Shown here: positions 15,652 through 26,100 of the stretch, in pieces
Layout of the letters: each line of letters begins with the position of its first letter
Numbering within the stretch: position 1 is the first letter of the stretch
From: a virus
Lineage: Duplodnaviria > Caudoviricetes
Direction: 5' to 3' (one strand)
Virus record (IMG/VR): IMGVR_UViG_3300049489_000174
Coordinates: 1 to 52,429 of that record
Length of the DNA stretch: 52,429 nucleotides
Notes under the pieces: model-generated
Databases searched by the model: none
What the model was told of the DNA's origin: nothing
The model's input: only the letters and a program-made list of their open reading frames with translations
Translations under genes and position numbers: made by a program

Positions 15652-18481
15652 TCCAAAGACATTAATTTCGCAATTCGAGATTGCAAATTATGACGATGGA
15701 TCAGAGTTCGTAACAGTTGAATGCCCTTATCATAACGATAAGCATGATGATGTAAGAAGTTGTCATGGTCGTGTTAATAAAGAACACGGTGGGTTTAACT
15801 GTTGGTCCTGCGGTGCTACTGGTACACTACTTAAACTAATAGCAACTAAGTACGCTGTACCTGTAAATGTTATCGAGGCAAGGGTAGATGGTTTATTAAC
15901 TGCTACCCTTACTGACTTTGATGCATCATATGTATCTCACTGCCATACTCAGCTGCTAGGCAACCCAGAAGCTATTGCTCAGCTAGAGAATAGGCATGGC
16001 ATATCTAAGCAGAGTATTGTTAAATACTCTCTTGGATGGTACAATGTAAATAGCAGAATAACTATACCTGTGTATAATATCAACAATCAAATTGTTGATT
16101 TCCGCATGTATAAGTATGATCCTTCTGATCCTAAGAAGAAGTTAAAAGGCATCAAAGGTGCTGAGTCATGCTTATTCTTAGCTCAGAATATCATAGATAA
16201 CAATACTGTATATGTAACAGAAGGTGAGTTTAAGTCTATACTGTTATCACAGATGGGATTTCCTGCATGCTGCGGTACTGCGGGCGCTGGTACTTGGAGT
16301 GATGCTTGGTCTACTGCATTTAAGAATAAAGATGTAGTAATTGTATATGATGTTGATAAGCCTGGACGCAGAGGTGCTGATAAAGTAATACGCTCGATGC
16401 TTAGATACGTAAATCGTATCAAGAATGTATTCCTAGCTGATGTAGTTGATATTGAAAATGGCGACATCACTGATTATGTTGTTAAGAAGCATAAGACAGC
16501 TGCTGATTTCAAAGAGTTAGTAGAGAAAACACCTTGGTTATCACAGAAGGATTTTATTGGTTCTTCCTCAATAGAGCTAGAACGTAATGATCCTATTGAA
16601 CTACGACTATCTAACTCATCTAAAGCAGAGTATAACGGCAAGATAATTTCTACTGTTGCAGTAGTATCTGCTAAGGCACAAGCACCTTATGTAGTTCCTA
16701 AAAAGTGTGCAGTTTTATGCATGCGTGATAAAGACTACTGCCATATGTGCAAGATATATGCAGCACCTGCCGACTCTACATTTGTAATACCTCCTGATGA
16801 TCCAGAACTATTGAAGATGGTAGGTACTACAGAGAAGGGGCAGAAAGATGCTCTACGAAAAATATCTGGTATCTATATTAATTGTAAGTCCAGTTCTTTT
16901 AATGTTACTGAGTCTTATAACGTTGATGAACTTAGACTTGTACCTCAAATTGCTATCGGCCATACTTCCGAAGAACAGATCACACGCAAAGCCTTTTTCG
17001 TCGGACACGGGCTTGCTAGTAATAATTCGTATAAGTTTCTCGCTAGAGCATGCCCTTCGCCTACTGATAGTGTTGCTACTTTTATTGCATATGAAGCTGC
17101 TCCGCAAGAAAACGATATTGATACATATAAAAGGACGATGGATCTATCTGTCTTTTCGCCAATTGAGAACACCGTTGAAAGCATTAAGGCTAAACTAGAT
17201 GATATTTATGAAGATTTTGAAGTAAATGTTACACGTATCTATCAGCGTCGTGATCTACACATATTCTTTGATCTTATCTGGCACTCAGCATTGTTCGTTA
17301 CATTCCAAGGTAGAGAGTTAAAAGGTTGGGTCGATGCTCTAGTCATCGGTGATTCTGGTCAGGGTAAATCAGAATGCTCATCTAGATTACGCGATCATTA
17401 TAAGTGTGGTGAGCGCGTAGATACTAAGCGTGCTAGTATTGCTGGTATCGTTGGTGGTCTACAACAAACGTCGGACCGTTGGTTCATTACTTGGGGTACT
17501 ATTCCACTCAACGATCGTAGGTTAGTAATACTAGAAGAAATCAAAGGTATGATGCCAGCTGCATTATCAGCTATGACTGATATGCGCTCATCAGGTGTTG
17601 CTGAACTAATTAAGATTGATCGTGCTAAGACAATGGCTCGTACACGCCTAGCTTGGATTAGTAACCCTCGTTCAGATAGTAAGATGGCTGCATACAATTA
17701 TGGTGTTAATGCAGTACAAGAATTGATCGGTGCACCAGAAGATATACGTCGCTTTGATATGGTAATGGCAGTAGTATCAGGTGAAGTTCCACTTGATATA
17801 GTTAATAAGCGTAACACAGCAGAAGTTAAGCATGAGTACACATCTGAGCTATGCCAGGATCTAATAGGTTGGTGCTGGTCACGCAAACCTAGTCAGGTAG
17901 TTATCTCTACTGCTACAGAAGATAGGATACTTAAACATGCGCAAGATATGGGTAAAACTTATTCTTCTACTTGTCCTATCGTTGAACCGTCGGATCAACG
18001 TCTTAAAATCACAAGATTGGCTGCGGCTCTTGCTGGTAGATTATACAGCACAACCGACGGCGAGAATCTAATTGTACTTCCTGAGCATGTAGATGTAGTA
18101 GTAGAGTTTCTTAATCGTATTTATAAGTCCAGAGCACTAGGATACCACGACTTCTCACAAAGTAAGAAAGGAGAAGAAGACATCACTGATCCAGAAGGCT
18201 TAGAGAAAATCCTAGCGGAGATGCCTAATGCTCGTGACTCTATTAATTGCATCATTGATTCTGATTTACTTCGACCTGAAGATATTCAGAACATTACAGA
18301 TTGGCCGGTCGATAGATCGAACGAGTTTATTGGGTTACTTGTACGCAAAGGCGCTATTAGGCGCTCTAGGCGTGGTGGCTATCGTAAAACATCTGCATTC
18401 ATTGATATTCTAAAGAAGCTAGATAGAATGAACCTACAATCCGAAACCTACAAAGAACGTATCAGTAGGGGAGAGTTCTAA
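15638..18481 (+). CDS. DnaG-type primase (Zn finger + TOPRIM) fused to MCM-like AAA+ helicase
   Basis: CPYH...CWSC zinc finger; TEGE and YDVD TOPRIM motifs; central Cys cluster; GDSGQGKS Walker A; LVILEE Walker B; IRRFD arginine finger. Confidence 0.85.
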   Translation: MKHRDPKTLISQFEIANYDDGSEFVTVECPYHNDKHDDVRSCHGRVNKEHGGFNCWSCGATGTLLKLIATKYAVPVNVIEARVDGLLTATLTDFDASYVSHCHTQLLGNPEAIAQLENRHGISKQSIVKYSLGWYNVNSRITIPVYNINNQIVDFRMYKYDPSDPKKKLKGIKGAESCLFLAQNIIDNNTVYVTEGEFKSILLSQMGFPACCGTAGAGTWSDAWSTAFKNKDVVIVYDVDKPGRRGADKVIRSMLRYVNRIKNVFLADVVDIENGDITDYVVKKHKTAADFKELVEKTPWLSQKDFIGSSSIELERNDPIELRLSNSSKAEYNGKIISTVAVVSAKAQAPYVVPKKCAVLCMRDKDYCHMCKIYAAPADSTFVIPPDDPELLKMVGTTEKGQKDALRKISGIYINCKSSSFNVTESYNVDELRLVPQIAIGHTSEEQITRKAFFVGHGLASNNSYKFLARACPSPTDSVATFIAYEAAPQENDIDTYKRTMDLSVFSPIENTVESIKAKLDDIYEDFEVNVTRIYQRRDLHIFFDLIWHSALFVTFQGRELKGWVDALVIGDSGQGKSECSSRLRDHYKCGERVDTKRASIAGIVGGLQQTSDRWFITWGTIPLNDRRLVILEEIKGMMPAALSAMTDMRSSGVAELIKIDRAKTMARTRLAWISNPRSDSKMAAYNYGVNAVQELIGAPEDIRRFDMVMAVVSGEVPLDIVNKRNTAEVKHEYTSELCQDLIGWCWSRKPSQVVISTATEDRILKHAQDMGKTYSSTCPIVEPSDQRLKITRLAAALAGRLYSTTDGENLIVLPEHVDVVVEFLNRIYKSRALGYHDFSQSKKGEEDITDPEGLEKILAEMPNARDSINCIIDSDLLRPEDIQNITDWPVDRSNEFIGLLVRKGAIRRSRRGGYRKTSAFIDILKKLDRMNLQSETYKERISRGEF

Positions 18482-20334
18482 TGCTTAAAGAGCATCTAGC
18501 TAAGTTTGATACAGAAGATGTAATTGCTATTGACGTTGAAACAATATCGTATGATGATAATGAACCAGCACTTAAACCATATCATGGTCATCGTACTGGT
18601 TTAATTATCATTGGACAAAAGAAAGGTAAAGACAATCTAGTTCTCTCTGTTCCTATACGCCATAGGACAGAGGGGGCTAAGTGTTTTCCACTAGAAAGTG
18701 TATTACCTGATATTAAAGAGTTCTTTCTTAAAGTTAAGTTGTATACAAACCTTAACATTAAGTTCGATCTACATAACTTAGCACAAGATGGTTTGTTTCT
18801 TCCTAATGCATCTTATATTGATTTATCTAGTATGGCTCGGTTCGTCGACCATACTCTTTTATCATATAGTTTAGAATCTTTATGTGAACTATACACTGGT
18901 ACAAGAAAGTCTGATACAGCGAAGGTATGGTGTGAAAAGAATAATACAAAGGACTATGGTAGAATACCGCTAGATATTCTTGTTCCTTATGGTGAGATAG
19001 ACGTTATCGGTGCATTAGATTTGTACTACGCACTACTGAACAGAATGCCTAAAGAGTCTATCAAGGCTTTTAAGACAGAAGTAAATTGTATTAAACATCT
19101 GTTTTGGGCAGAGCGTACAGGTATTCCTATTAATAAAGACTTTCTGTTAAAGCGTCGTATTGGTCTACTTCATACTATGATTAATACTAGTTTAGATATA
19201 ACTAGATTAAGTAATGGTAATATTGAAAACCCAGGATCGTCGGACCAGCGTAACGCATTCTTTACTTCTGTAGGTATTGAACCTATTGAACGTACAGAGA
19301 AAGGTAAGCCCAGCTGGGGTAACAAAGTATTAGAACTAGTAAACCACCCTGTTGCTAAGAAGCTAGTAGAATATAATAAGGCTGCAATTCAAGAATCGAC
19401 GTTCTGCGGTGGATGGATTTCGCATGCCGACAAGGATGGTATTATTCATCCGCAGTATCGTATCAGCGGTACTAGGACAGGTAGATTAAGTAGTGCAGAA
19501 CCTAATGTACAAAATCCACCAGAATGGATATTAGAGTCGTGGCTGATACCCGACGGTTACACTGGTATTAAATGGGACTTATCACAGATTGAGTATCGCA
19601 TATTTAGTCATTACAGTAATGATGCTGAACTGCTAGCATTGTATGCTGCTAATCCTAAAGTAGACTTTCATCAATTAATCGCTGATCGTCTAGGCATGCC
19701 TAGAAAACCAGTGAAGTCTATTAACTTCGGTATTTTGTATGGTATGGGTAATACTAAATTAACTAAATCACTCACTGTCGCTCTATCAGAGTTCGATTCT
19801 CCTGATATGCGTATTAAACTTAGAAAGTTCTTGCCAGCTGGTAAATTGATAATACCAGATATAGGTGACATTGATGATGCTGTAATGGCAGAAGTATCTA
19901 AGGGCGTACTTAGAGACTACAACGAGCGTGTACCAGCAGTTAAGAAACTAATGAATCAGGTACGTGAAGCTATTCAAGTACGCGGTAAGATACGTAACTT
20001 CTTTGGTAGAGAATATAAGTTTACTCTGTCAAAAGCATATATCGCTCTTAACTATTTGATTCAAGGATCAGCAGCCGATTACTTCAAACAACTACTAGAC
20101 TTATCTACAGAGGAAATGATTTCTCTTGGATGGCTAGTTAACAGTGAGGAAATCTGTGACTACTACCTTTATGATAATATACATGATGCTATTGTTTGTA
20201 TTGTTAAAGATGATAAGGTCGAGACATACACGAAGATAATAAATAATCTTTTAGCTAAGGCTCCATTCAGAGTTCCTATTCTGTGTGACTTTGAATATTA
20301 CAAAGGTAACTTCGGTAAAGGATCAAAGTTATGA
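18481..20334 (+). CDS. polA: DNA polymerase family A with 3'-5' exonuclease
   Basis: IDVET Exo I, NIKFD Exo II, TGRLSSAEPNVQN, DLSQIEYR motif A, KSINFGILYG motif B, NYLIQGSAAD, IHDA motif C. Confidence 0.95.
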   Translation: MLKEHLAKFDTEDVIAIDVETISYDDNEPALKPYHGHRTGLIIIGQKKGKDNLVLSVPIRHRTEGAKCFPLESVLPDIKEFFLKVKLYTNLNIKFDLHNLAQDGLFLPNASYIDLSSMARFVDHTLLSYSLESLCELYTGTRKSDTAKVWCEKNNTKDYGRIPLDILVPYGEIDVIGALDLYYALLNRMPKESIKAFKTEVNCIKHLFWAERTGIPINKDFLLKRRIGLLHTMINTSLDITRLSNGNIENPGSSDQRNAFFTSVGIEPIERTEKGKPSWGNKVLELVNHPVAKKLVEYNKAAIQESTFCGGWISHADKDGIIHPQYRISGTRTGRLSSAEPNVQNPPEWILESWLIPDGYTGIKWDLSQIEYRIFSHYSNDAELLALYAANPKVDFHQLIADRLGMPRKPVKSINFGILYGMGNTKLTKSLTVALSEFDSPDMRIKLRKFLPAGKLIIPDIGDIDDAVMAEVSKGVLRDYNERVPAVKKLMNQVREAIQVRGKIRNFFGREYKFTLSKAYIALNYLIQGSAADYFKQLLDLSTEEMISLGWLVNSEEICDYYLYDNIHDAIVCIVKDDKVETYTKIINNLLAKAPFRVPILCDFEYYKGNFGKGSKL

Positions 20335-20567
20335 ACTTCATTCACATTGTTAAATACGGTGTAAACATCATCATCGCTACACAAAATATCAGGCACATCA
20401 TGTTGAGTGATGTGCCTGATAGGAGTGACAAGTACCAGATCGAAGTTTTATATTTTGACGGTAATGTACTCGAAATTAGGTCTGATGAGTTAAAGAACGA
20501 TGAGAAGCTATGTATAGCTCTTATGGAAGAAATAGGCGCACTACTCAGTGTTCAAACTATATCTTAA
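20331..20567 (+). CDS. hypothetical protein
   Basis: ATGA-coupled to the polymerase; last gene before the strand switch. Confidence 0.7.
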   Translation: MNFIHIVKYGVNIIIATQNIRHIMLSDVPDRSDKYQIEVLYFDGNVLEIRSDELKNDEKLCIALMEEIGALLSVQTIS

Positions 20568-20947
20568 ACTATATGCCCTAGCTCAGCGTATACTTTTATC
20601 AGCGGCCATGGTATACGCTTTCCACCCATTTCAATCATTAACTCTAGAAAGTAATGCCCGCGTGAAACTATAGCAGCAGTATCTAGCGCAGTGTAATCTA
20701 TATTGATTACTCCATTAGCCCAATCTGCTCCATCAGCAGTTGGGCTTAATGTTTTAGCTGAGATAGCTACTGATATACCATCTAGCTCTATTAGTGCTGC
20801 ACGTATCGTTGCAGTGGATAGATTTAGATTACCCATCGTACCGTCGGGTAATTCCTCCTGTAATGTATAGTATAGAGGAGAATCATAGCCTGAGCGTATC
20901 AGCTGATCGTCTATATTGCAGAAGGTATTGATATTAGACATTTGCAC
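20564..20947 (-). CDS. BppU-like / Ig-like tail tip protein
   Basis: beta-rich; NLSTATI...GVINI...DT...GHYFLELMI pattern. Confidence 0.55.
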   Translation of the reverse strand: MQMSNINTFCNIDDQLIRSGYDSPLYYTLQEELPDGTMGNLNLSTATIRAALIELDGISVAISAKTLSPTADGADWANGVINIDYTALDTAAIVSRGHYFLELMIEMGGKRIPWPLIKVYAELGHIV

Positions 20948-21767
20948 GTCCTGTGGTACGACGGATTGGCTTTGATGTTATTGTATTGCGTTTATTTGAT
21001 ATAGTACCGAACTTGGAGCAGATTAACTTTTGATTAGAGTTGTATAGAACTATATTTCCAAACGCTTCATCTGATGGAATACCTATTAATCTTATCGGTT
21101 GTTTAAGTATCAACGGTCCGAAGGTTTCAGATGACGCAATACCTTGCAGTGCTATTATTGATATTAGCTTAATAGCGCCGAAAGACTCTGATGATGGTAT
21201 GCCAGATAAAACTATTTTACTATTTAGCTTTATAGTACCAAATGATTCTGAGGAGGATATTCCAGTAAGCAGTATTTTAGGAATTAACTTTATAGTGCCA
21301 AATGCTTCTGATGATGCTATACCAGTAAGAGCTACTTTACCATTTACCTTTATAGTACCGAACGCTTCTGATGATGCTATACCAGTTAGTGATATTGTAG
21401 TTGGGCTTACAGCAGCTACTGTTATAGTACCAAATGCTTCTGACGATGTTATACCAGTAAGAGCTAGTTTAGCATTTATGTTTATAGCACCGAATGATTC
21501 TGACGATGCTATACCAGTTAGTGATACTTTGCTATTTAGCTTTATTGACCCGAAGGTTTCAGACGATGGAATACCAGATAGTGTTATTGTAGACGCTGCT
21601 ACAGCAGATACAGTTATACTACCGAATGCTTCGTCGGAAGTAATGCCTGTTAATACTATGATACTAGCAGCAGGCTCAACGTCACTATATATACCATCTG
21701 ACCCTACACGTTCACTGTCTACAGATGGAAAGAACTTATATATGCCAGCAGAGCCGAAGTATTCCAT
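20934..21767 (-). CDS. virion protein with ten ~20-aa repeats (LxGIxSxExFGxI)
   Basis: repeats visible in both protein and DNA; tail-fibre region. Confidence 0.8.
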   Translation of the reverse strand: MEYFGSAGIYKFFPSVDSERVGSDGIYSDVEPAASIIVLTGITSDEAFGSITVSAVAASTITLSGIPSSETFGSIKLNSKVSLTGIASSESFGAININAKLALTGITSSEAFGTITVAAVSPTTISLTGIASSEAFGTIKVNGKVALTGIASSEAFGTIKLIPKILLTGISSSESFGTIKLNSKIVLSGIPSSESFGAIKLISIIALQGIASSETFGPLILKQPIRLIGIPSDEAFGNIVLYNSNQKLICSKFGTISNKRNTITSKPIRRTTGRANV

Positions 21768-21768
21768 G

Positions 21769-23829
21769 TTAGCTCACAGTCGGATTATCAATCCATCCTG
21801 AGTAGGTCGTACCACCGTAAGCCTCTAAGAATATATCCATATTCTGAGCTATTGTGGATGTAACAACTATTGAAACTGTTTCCCAAGTATCTGCAATAGC
21901 TGTCATTTCAGTCTGCACCCGCGCAGTTAGTCCAGGCTGTCTCATTGCTACAAGACGCATTATCAAACCGACGTTATCACGCCGCATACGAAGTGATATT
22001 GTCTTAGTCTCATTTGCAGCAAATGGTATAACAGCTACTTTCAATGTGAACGGAGCATCGGCCTGCCAGGATGCAGATGTAATATTGATCCTCCAGCTAC
22101 TTGTACCAGTGTCAAACACAGTTGTATCCCGGATCACTGTAACACCGCTCATATAGATTCTATCATCACCATCAGCACCATTATGCTTGATTAAGAATAC
22201 TCCAGCATTGCTGCTATCATTAGTTACAGCGAAATTAACTGCTGTTACACCTTGAACGTTATACATTCCAGTTATCAATGGGGCGTCGCTGTTAACTTTT
22301 ATAGCACCAGAACATGGAGAATTGAGCTTAACGTCTCTAATCGGTATTGGATCAGGTGTGGTAATTGCACCAATCAGTAGAGAAGACAGATTATTCCAGG
22401 TATTCTTTATGGACATACTGAATATTTTACAAGCCGACAACTGAACAAGATCCCTAGCACGAGTATTATATTCTATGAATACTCTCTCAAAAGTTATACC
22501 AATACCGCGTAGTAGTGCTTGAATAACAGATTGATCCGCACCGCCACTACCAATGTATACGTCAGTAAATGCTATATTACCAGCTTGTGCTGTTGAGTCG
22601 CCTTCCAGTGTTGCACACAAGAATACCATCTGCGAGAATGCGCTATATCTGAATCTAAATATATTAACATAAGATGAACTATTGCCTACTCGGCATAAGC
22701 CGAATCTTTCAAAGTTAATGTATGATCTAGTTGTACTTTGGACTAAGAACCTTCCACTACCATTTATAGTTATAACAAATGTTATTCCATTTGTATCCTG
22801 CGTACTCATATCAGTACGATTCCAGCCACCAGAATACGTTATAGGTAGCCCTAATGATCCAGATTCCTGCACCTGTACAACACCATTACCAGTGGAGGTT
22901 TGATGTTCCATTACAGATGCCAACCATGTGTATAACGTCTGATTAGTCTTGGTATCACCTTGGTACGGTGGTACGTTATTAGTTACTGTACCTATTGCAC
23001 TGAACAATCCAGGTGAATTTGCGTCTAGATACAATATATCATTTATAACTCCACGAACAAGGAATGGCTTCTCTCCATTCTCAGTCCAGAAATCAGCTAT
23101 TGTTCCAGTAAAACTAACAACAGTGTTCAATGTTATACAGTCGGAAGCTATTACAGCTTTAGAAGCAAAGAAGTTTTGGAAACGCATTGTAGGCGTTCCA
23201 GGATCGCTAGTAGCATATATTGCAATTGATCTAACATTGTTTGGTAATGGACCACCATTTTCCCAGACCAAAGCATGGTATATATTTGTAGGGTTAAGAC
23301 CGCCAGTTGCACGACATGATGTACCAACTGTAAAAGAGACAATAGGGACATCACCAGTTGCATCACTACACAAATCAACTCTTATACGCTCAGCACTCTG
23401 TGCAGAACTTGTATACATCCATGCATTGAAGACTTCATAAGCAGAGAAATCAGTAGCAACACCTAGATCAATGTATGCCATTTTACCAGTTACAAATGAT
23501 GTGCCAACAGCTAAAGACAATGCATTAGCTGTTACACGCTTATTCGTTGTATCAGAAGAAGCAGTTATATTCGCTGATGCAACCCATCCAGCACTACCAT
23601 CACAAGTAGCAACATCCTTGCAAGTTCCGGCCGGCAGACTAATCTGCGCTGTACCATTAGTTATAGAGCAATTAGTGATTGATCCTGTACGGCTCGCCAT
23701 AAAGCGAACAGTGTCTCCAGGCGCTGTGCGTGTAGATGTTGCACCAGATTGAATGGTTCTGAACCGTGATGCAAAATCTGTTCCAGCATTTGCATCATTG
23801 CCATCATCTGCACCGTACAGGATTCCCAT
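21769..23829 (-). CDS. tail fibre/spike, probable receptor-binding protein
   Basis: GNDANAG N-terminus; beta-rich body; C-terminal jelly-roll-like domain; position in the tail module. Confidence 0.7.
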   Translation of the reverse strand: MGILYGADDGNDANAGTDFASRFRTIQSGATSTRTAPGDTVRFMASRTGSITNCSITNGTAQISLPAGTCKDVATCDGSAGWVASANITASSDTTNKRVTANALSLAVGTSFVTGKMAYIDLGVATDFSAYEVFNAWMYTSSAQSAERIRVDLCSDATGDVPIVSFTVGTSCRATGGLNPTNIYHALVWENGGPLPNNVRSIAIYATSDPGTPTMRFQNFFASKAVIASDCITLNTVVSFTGTIADFWTENGEKPFLVRGVINDILYLDANSPGLFSAIGTVTNNVPPYQGDTKTNQTLYTWLASVMEHQTSTGNGVVQVQESGSLGLPITYSGGWNRTDMSTQDTNGITFVITINGSGRFLVQSTTRSYINFERFGLCRVGNSSSYVNIFRFRYSAFSQMVFLCATLEGDSTAQAGNIAFTDVYIGSGGADQSVIQALLRGIGITFERVFIEYNTRARDLVQLSACKIFSMSIKNTWNNLSSLLIGAITTPDPIPIRDVKLNSPCSGAIKVNSDAPLITGMYNVQGVTAVNFAVTNDSSNAGVFLIKHNGADGDDRIYMSGVTVIRDTTVFDTGTSSWRINITSASWQADAPFTLKVAVIPFAANETKTISLRMRRDNVGLIMRLVAMRQPGLTARVQTEMTAIADTWETVSIVVTSTIAQNMDIFLEAYGGTTYSGWIDNPTVS

Positions 23830-23832
23830 GAA

Positions 23833-24069
23833 TTACTCCGGTAATGTTGCTACGATAGTCATCGCAGCTGGAAGCACATATGTATTATGCTGTATTGTTT
23901 CAACTGACAAATCACTCAACTTAAGAGCACCAACCTCTGCTCCATCGCTAGGAGTGATGAGAATGTAGTCATCTGATCCCATGCGGAACGGGCATCCAGG
24001 CTCAAGATTCTGAGCTTCAGTAGTCTCAGAAGCGAGTTGTGGAAATGTGTGTGTAATCGTTGTTTGCAT
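23833..24069 (-). CDS. small hypothetical protein
   Basis: AAGGAG SD before ATG 24069. Confidence 0.65.
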   Translation of the reverse strand: MQTTITHTFPQLASETTEAQNLEPGCPFRMGSDDYILITPSDGAEVGALKLSDLSVETIQHNTYVLPAAMTIVATLPE

Positions 24070-24087
24070 AATAACTCCTTTCAAGAG

Positions 24088-24495
24088 TTAGAGTTTGAAT
24101 ATCTTATTTGCGCCAGAGTCGAACTGAATAGTAATATCACCGCCACTTGGAGTGAATGGTAATCCTGTACCAGTATCAAAGATACAGATGAGTGGCGACG
24201 TACTAGCTACACCAGTATCTTTATATAGGATAACATATTCAAACTGATCGCCAGTAACACCAGTAATAGTTACATCATCTGCATCTGCTACACCTAGTGT
24301 GCTAGTCTTATTAGATAAATTACCGCTGGTACCAACACGACCACCAGCGGGAATATCAGATAAGAACTCATGTGCTGCTGTATCTATAGTATAGTCAGCA
24401 GCATCTACACACACTACTTTAATATCGTTAGTAAGCCAAGCAATAGATCCTTCTAGGAACTTCTGTCGGCCTTTATCATACATTCTGCTTGCCAT
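24088..24495 (-). CDS. conserved phage tail-fibre-associated structural protein
   Basis: Y..G...FL.G...W...DIKV...GVADADDVT...GGDITIQF...KIF pattern. Confidence 0.7.
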   Translation of the reverse strand: MASRMYDKGRQKFLEGSIAWLTNDIKVVCVDAADYTIDTAAHEFLSDIPAGGRVGTSGNLSNKTSTLGVADADDVTITGVTGDQFEYVILYKDTGVASTSPLICIFDTGTGLPFTPSGGDITIQFDSGANKIFKL

Positions 24496-24505
24496 GTGTT
24501 ATCCT

Positions 24506-24799
24506 TTACTTTAGGATTTCGGCTAGATCATCAGCACTTATATCACCTAGCGTAGCAGCAACGTCGACCTCAGAACCTTCGTTCTCAGCATTATAGGCTT
24601 CAAGAATAGTTACAAGACGAGGCTGTGCAACCTGCTTAACAGTGGCATCCTTAGAAACCTTCTTCATAGCTGGCGAGTAATCAGCGTAGTAGCTCTGCTT
24701 TAATAGAGCTAACTTACCTTCATTATTGACAGTTGCATAACCAACGCCCGCAGGATCATTGATTATTTCATTCTTGATTAACTCAGGTAGTGTTGCCAT
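24506..24799 (-). CDS. hypothetical virion-module protein
   Basis: L..EI..DPAGVGY; operon packing. Confidence 0.65.
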   Translation of the reverse strand: MATLPELIKNEIINDPAGVGYATVNNEGKLALLKQSYYADYSPAMKKVSKDATVKQVAQPRLVTILEAYNAENEGSEVDVAATLGDISADDLAEILK

Positions 24800-24803
24800 T
24801 GTA

Positions 24804-25148
24804 TCATCCAATGTTTACTAGAGTGAATTGACGTGAGAAGAACACCTTAGAAGTAGCGTCTGTGAAACGCACGAAGCCAAAGTAAGTCCCTGGGCCGAAG
24901 TCTAGGTTAGCAGGTACTAGTGCTAGAGTACACTTACCATCGGTAGCAGTAGTAACAGTTACTGAAACTGTCTTTAGTGCTGCGTTACGACGATCCGAGG
25001 TATCATATACAACTAGATCGACGGTACCTGTTGATAGTGCTTGAATAGCACCAGCATCAGTGAGAATAGTGATTGGAATGCCAGAGTAGTTAGCACCCTT
25101 TTGGAATTGTATGCTTCCGCCAACCTGACCGTTAAATAGTGCTTTCAT
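24804..25148 (-). CDS. Ig/BppU-like structural protein (paralog of 25157-25504)
   Basis: shares MKA..NG..G, DAGA..L and FGPGTY.GF with its neighbour. Confidence 0.7.
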   Translation of the reverse strand: MKALFNGQVGGSIQFQKGANYSGIPITILTDAGAIQALSTGTVDLVVYDTSDRRNAALKTVSVTVTTATDGKCTLALVPANLDFGPGTYFGFVRFTDATSKVFFSRQFTLVNIG

Positions 25149-25156
25149 GTTATACC

Positions 25157-25504
25157 TTACTGAATGATTAGTGTTGCGGGGATGTTAGAAAACTCTACAG
25201 TCGAACCGACGTTTTCAACACGCTTCATAAAGCCATAGTAAGTACCAGGGCCGAAGTTGAGCTGTGCTGATGTTAGAGTTACAGTTAATGATCCAGCGGT
25301 TGCAATAGCAATAACACCTGCTGCTGAGAGCGAGGACGTTACGCTACGATCCTTCTTAGTGTAGAACTCTAATGTAAGAGTATCTGCTGTAAGGTCTAGC
25401 TGCGCACCAGCGTCAGATAGAAGAACTACATTCAAAGCAGGTTCGTCGCCACCTTTGAATAAACGTACTTCTGGACCTTCGACTCCATTGATAATTGCTT
25501 TCAT
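25157..25504 (-). CDS. Ig/BppU-like structural protein (paralog of 24804-25148)
   Basis: shares the same motifs with its neighbour. Confidence 0.7.
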   Translation of the reverse strand: MKAIINGVEGPEVRLFKGGDEPALNVVLLSDAGAQLDLTADTLTLEFYTKKDRSVTSSLSAAGVIAIATAGSLTVTLTSAQLNFGPGTYYGFMKRVENVGSTVEFSNIPATLIIQ

Positions 25505-25562
25505 AATGTTCCTTAGTTAAAGGGTTTCTTAATTCTATCTTTATCTAGTAAGCAGTCAAGTA

Positions 25563-26090
25563 TTATTTGATACGCACGGCTCTTATACCGCCACGAACAG
25601 TGAGAGTTGAAGTTGCAAACGTAGCTACAGCTTTTGCATAATATGTAGTATCAGTTGCTAAGGTTATGCGGAACGGCGGCGATGATATTATGGTTTCACC
25701 AGCATTTAATACTAAAGCATTAAACTTCAAACGAGCGACGTTACGATCGTAGTCACGCCCTGTAGATACGTTTCCAGTTGCAGTACCTATGAATGCTTCA
25801 AGGTCAGTAATGGTTGTAGTTGCTGCTGGTGCAAATCTAGCTACTACAGTTGCTTCCCATACACCTTTAGTCAATCCTAGTGATGTTATATCAGCTATGG
25901 TTGCTGTGGTTAGAGATACAGTAGAACCAGCGTATGCTTCTTTTAACTCTCCTACTTCTCCAGCTAGTATTGCTCTAGCTGTTGTATCTCCCCATAGTAT
26001 ATTTCCTGGGAATGCTGTCTGCGGTACTGTTTCGTTACCGCCTAGTGCGGCACCATTATCAACACACTGCCTAACTCTCTGTGTAGCCAT
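25563..26090 (-). CDS. beta-sandwich structural protein (fibre head-like)
   Basis: Thr/Ala-rich beta strands; SD AGGAG. Confidence 0.6.
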   Translation of the reverse strand: MATQRVRQCVDNGAALGGNETVPQTAFPGNILWGDTTARAILAGEVGELKEAYAGSTVSLTTATIADITSLGLTKGVWEATVVARFAPAATTTITDLEAFIGTATGNVSTGRDYDRNVARLKFNALVLNAGETIISSPPFRITLATDTTYYAKAVATFATSTLTVRGGIRAVRIK

Positions 26091-26100
26091 TGTATCTCCT

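Noticed and set aside
21040-21801. 253-aa + strand ORF with repeats
   Set aside because: Antisense mirror of the repeat-containing virion gene; no SD or promoter. The same applies to the other antisense ORFs in the late operon
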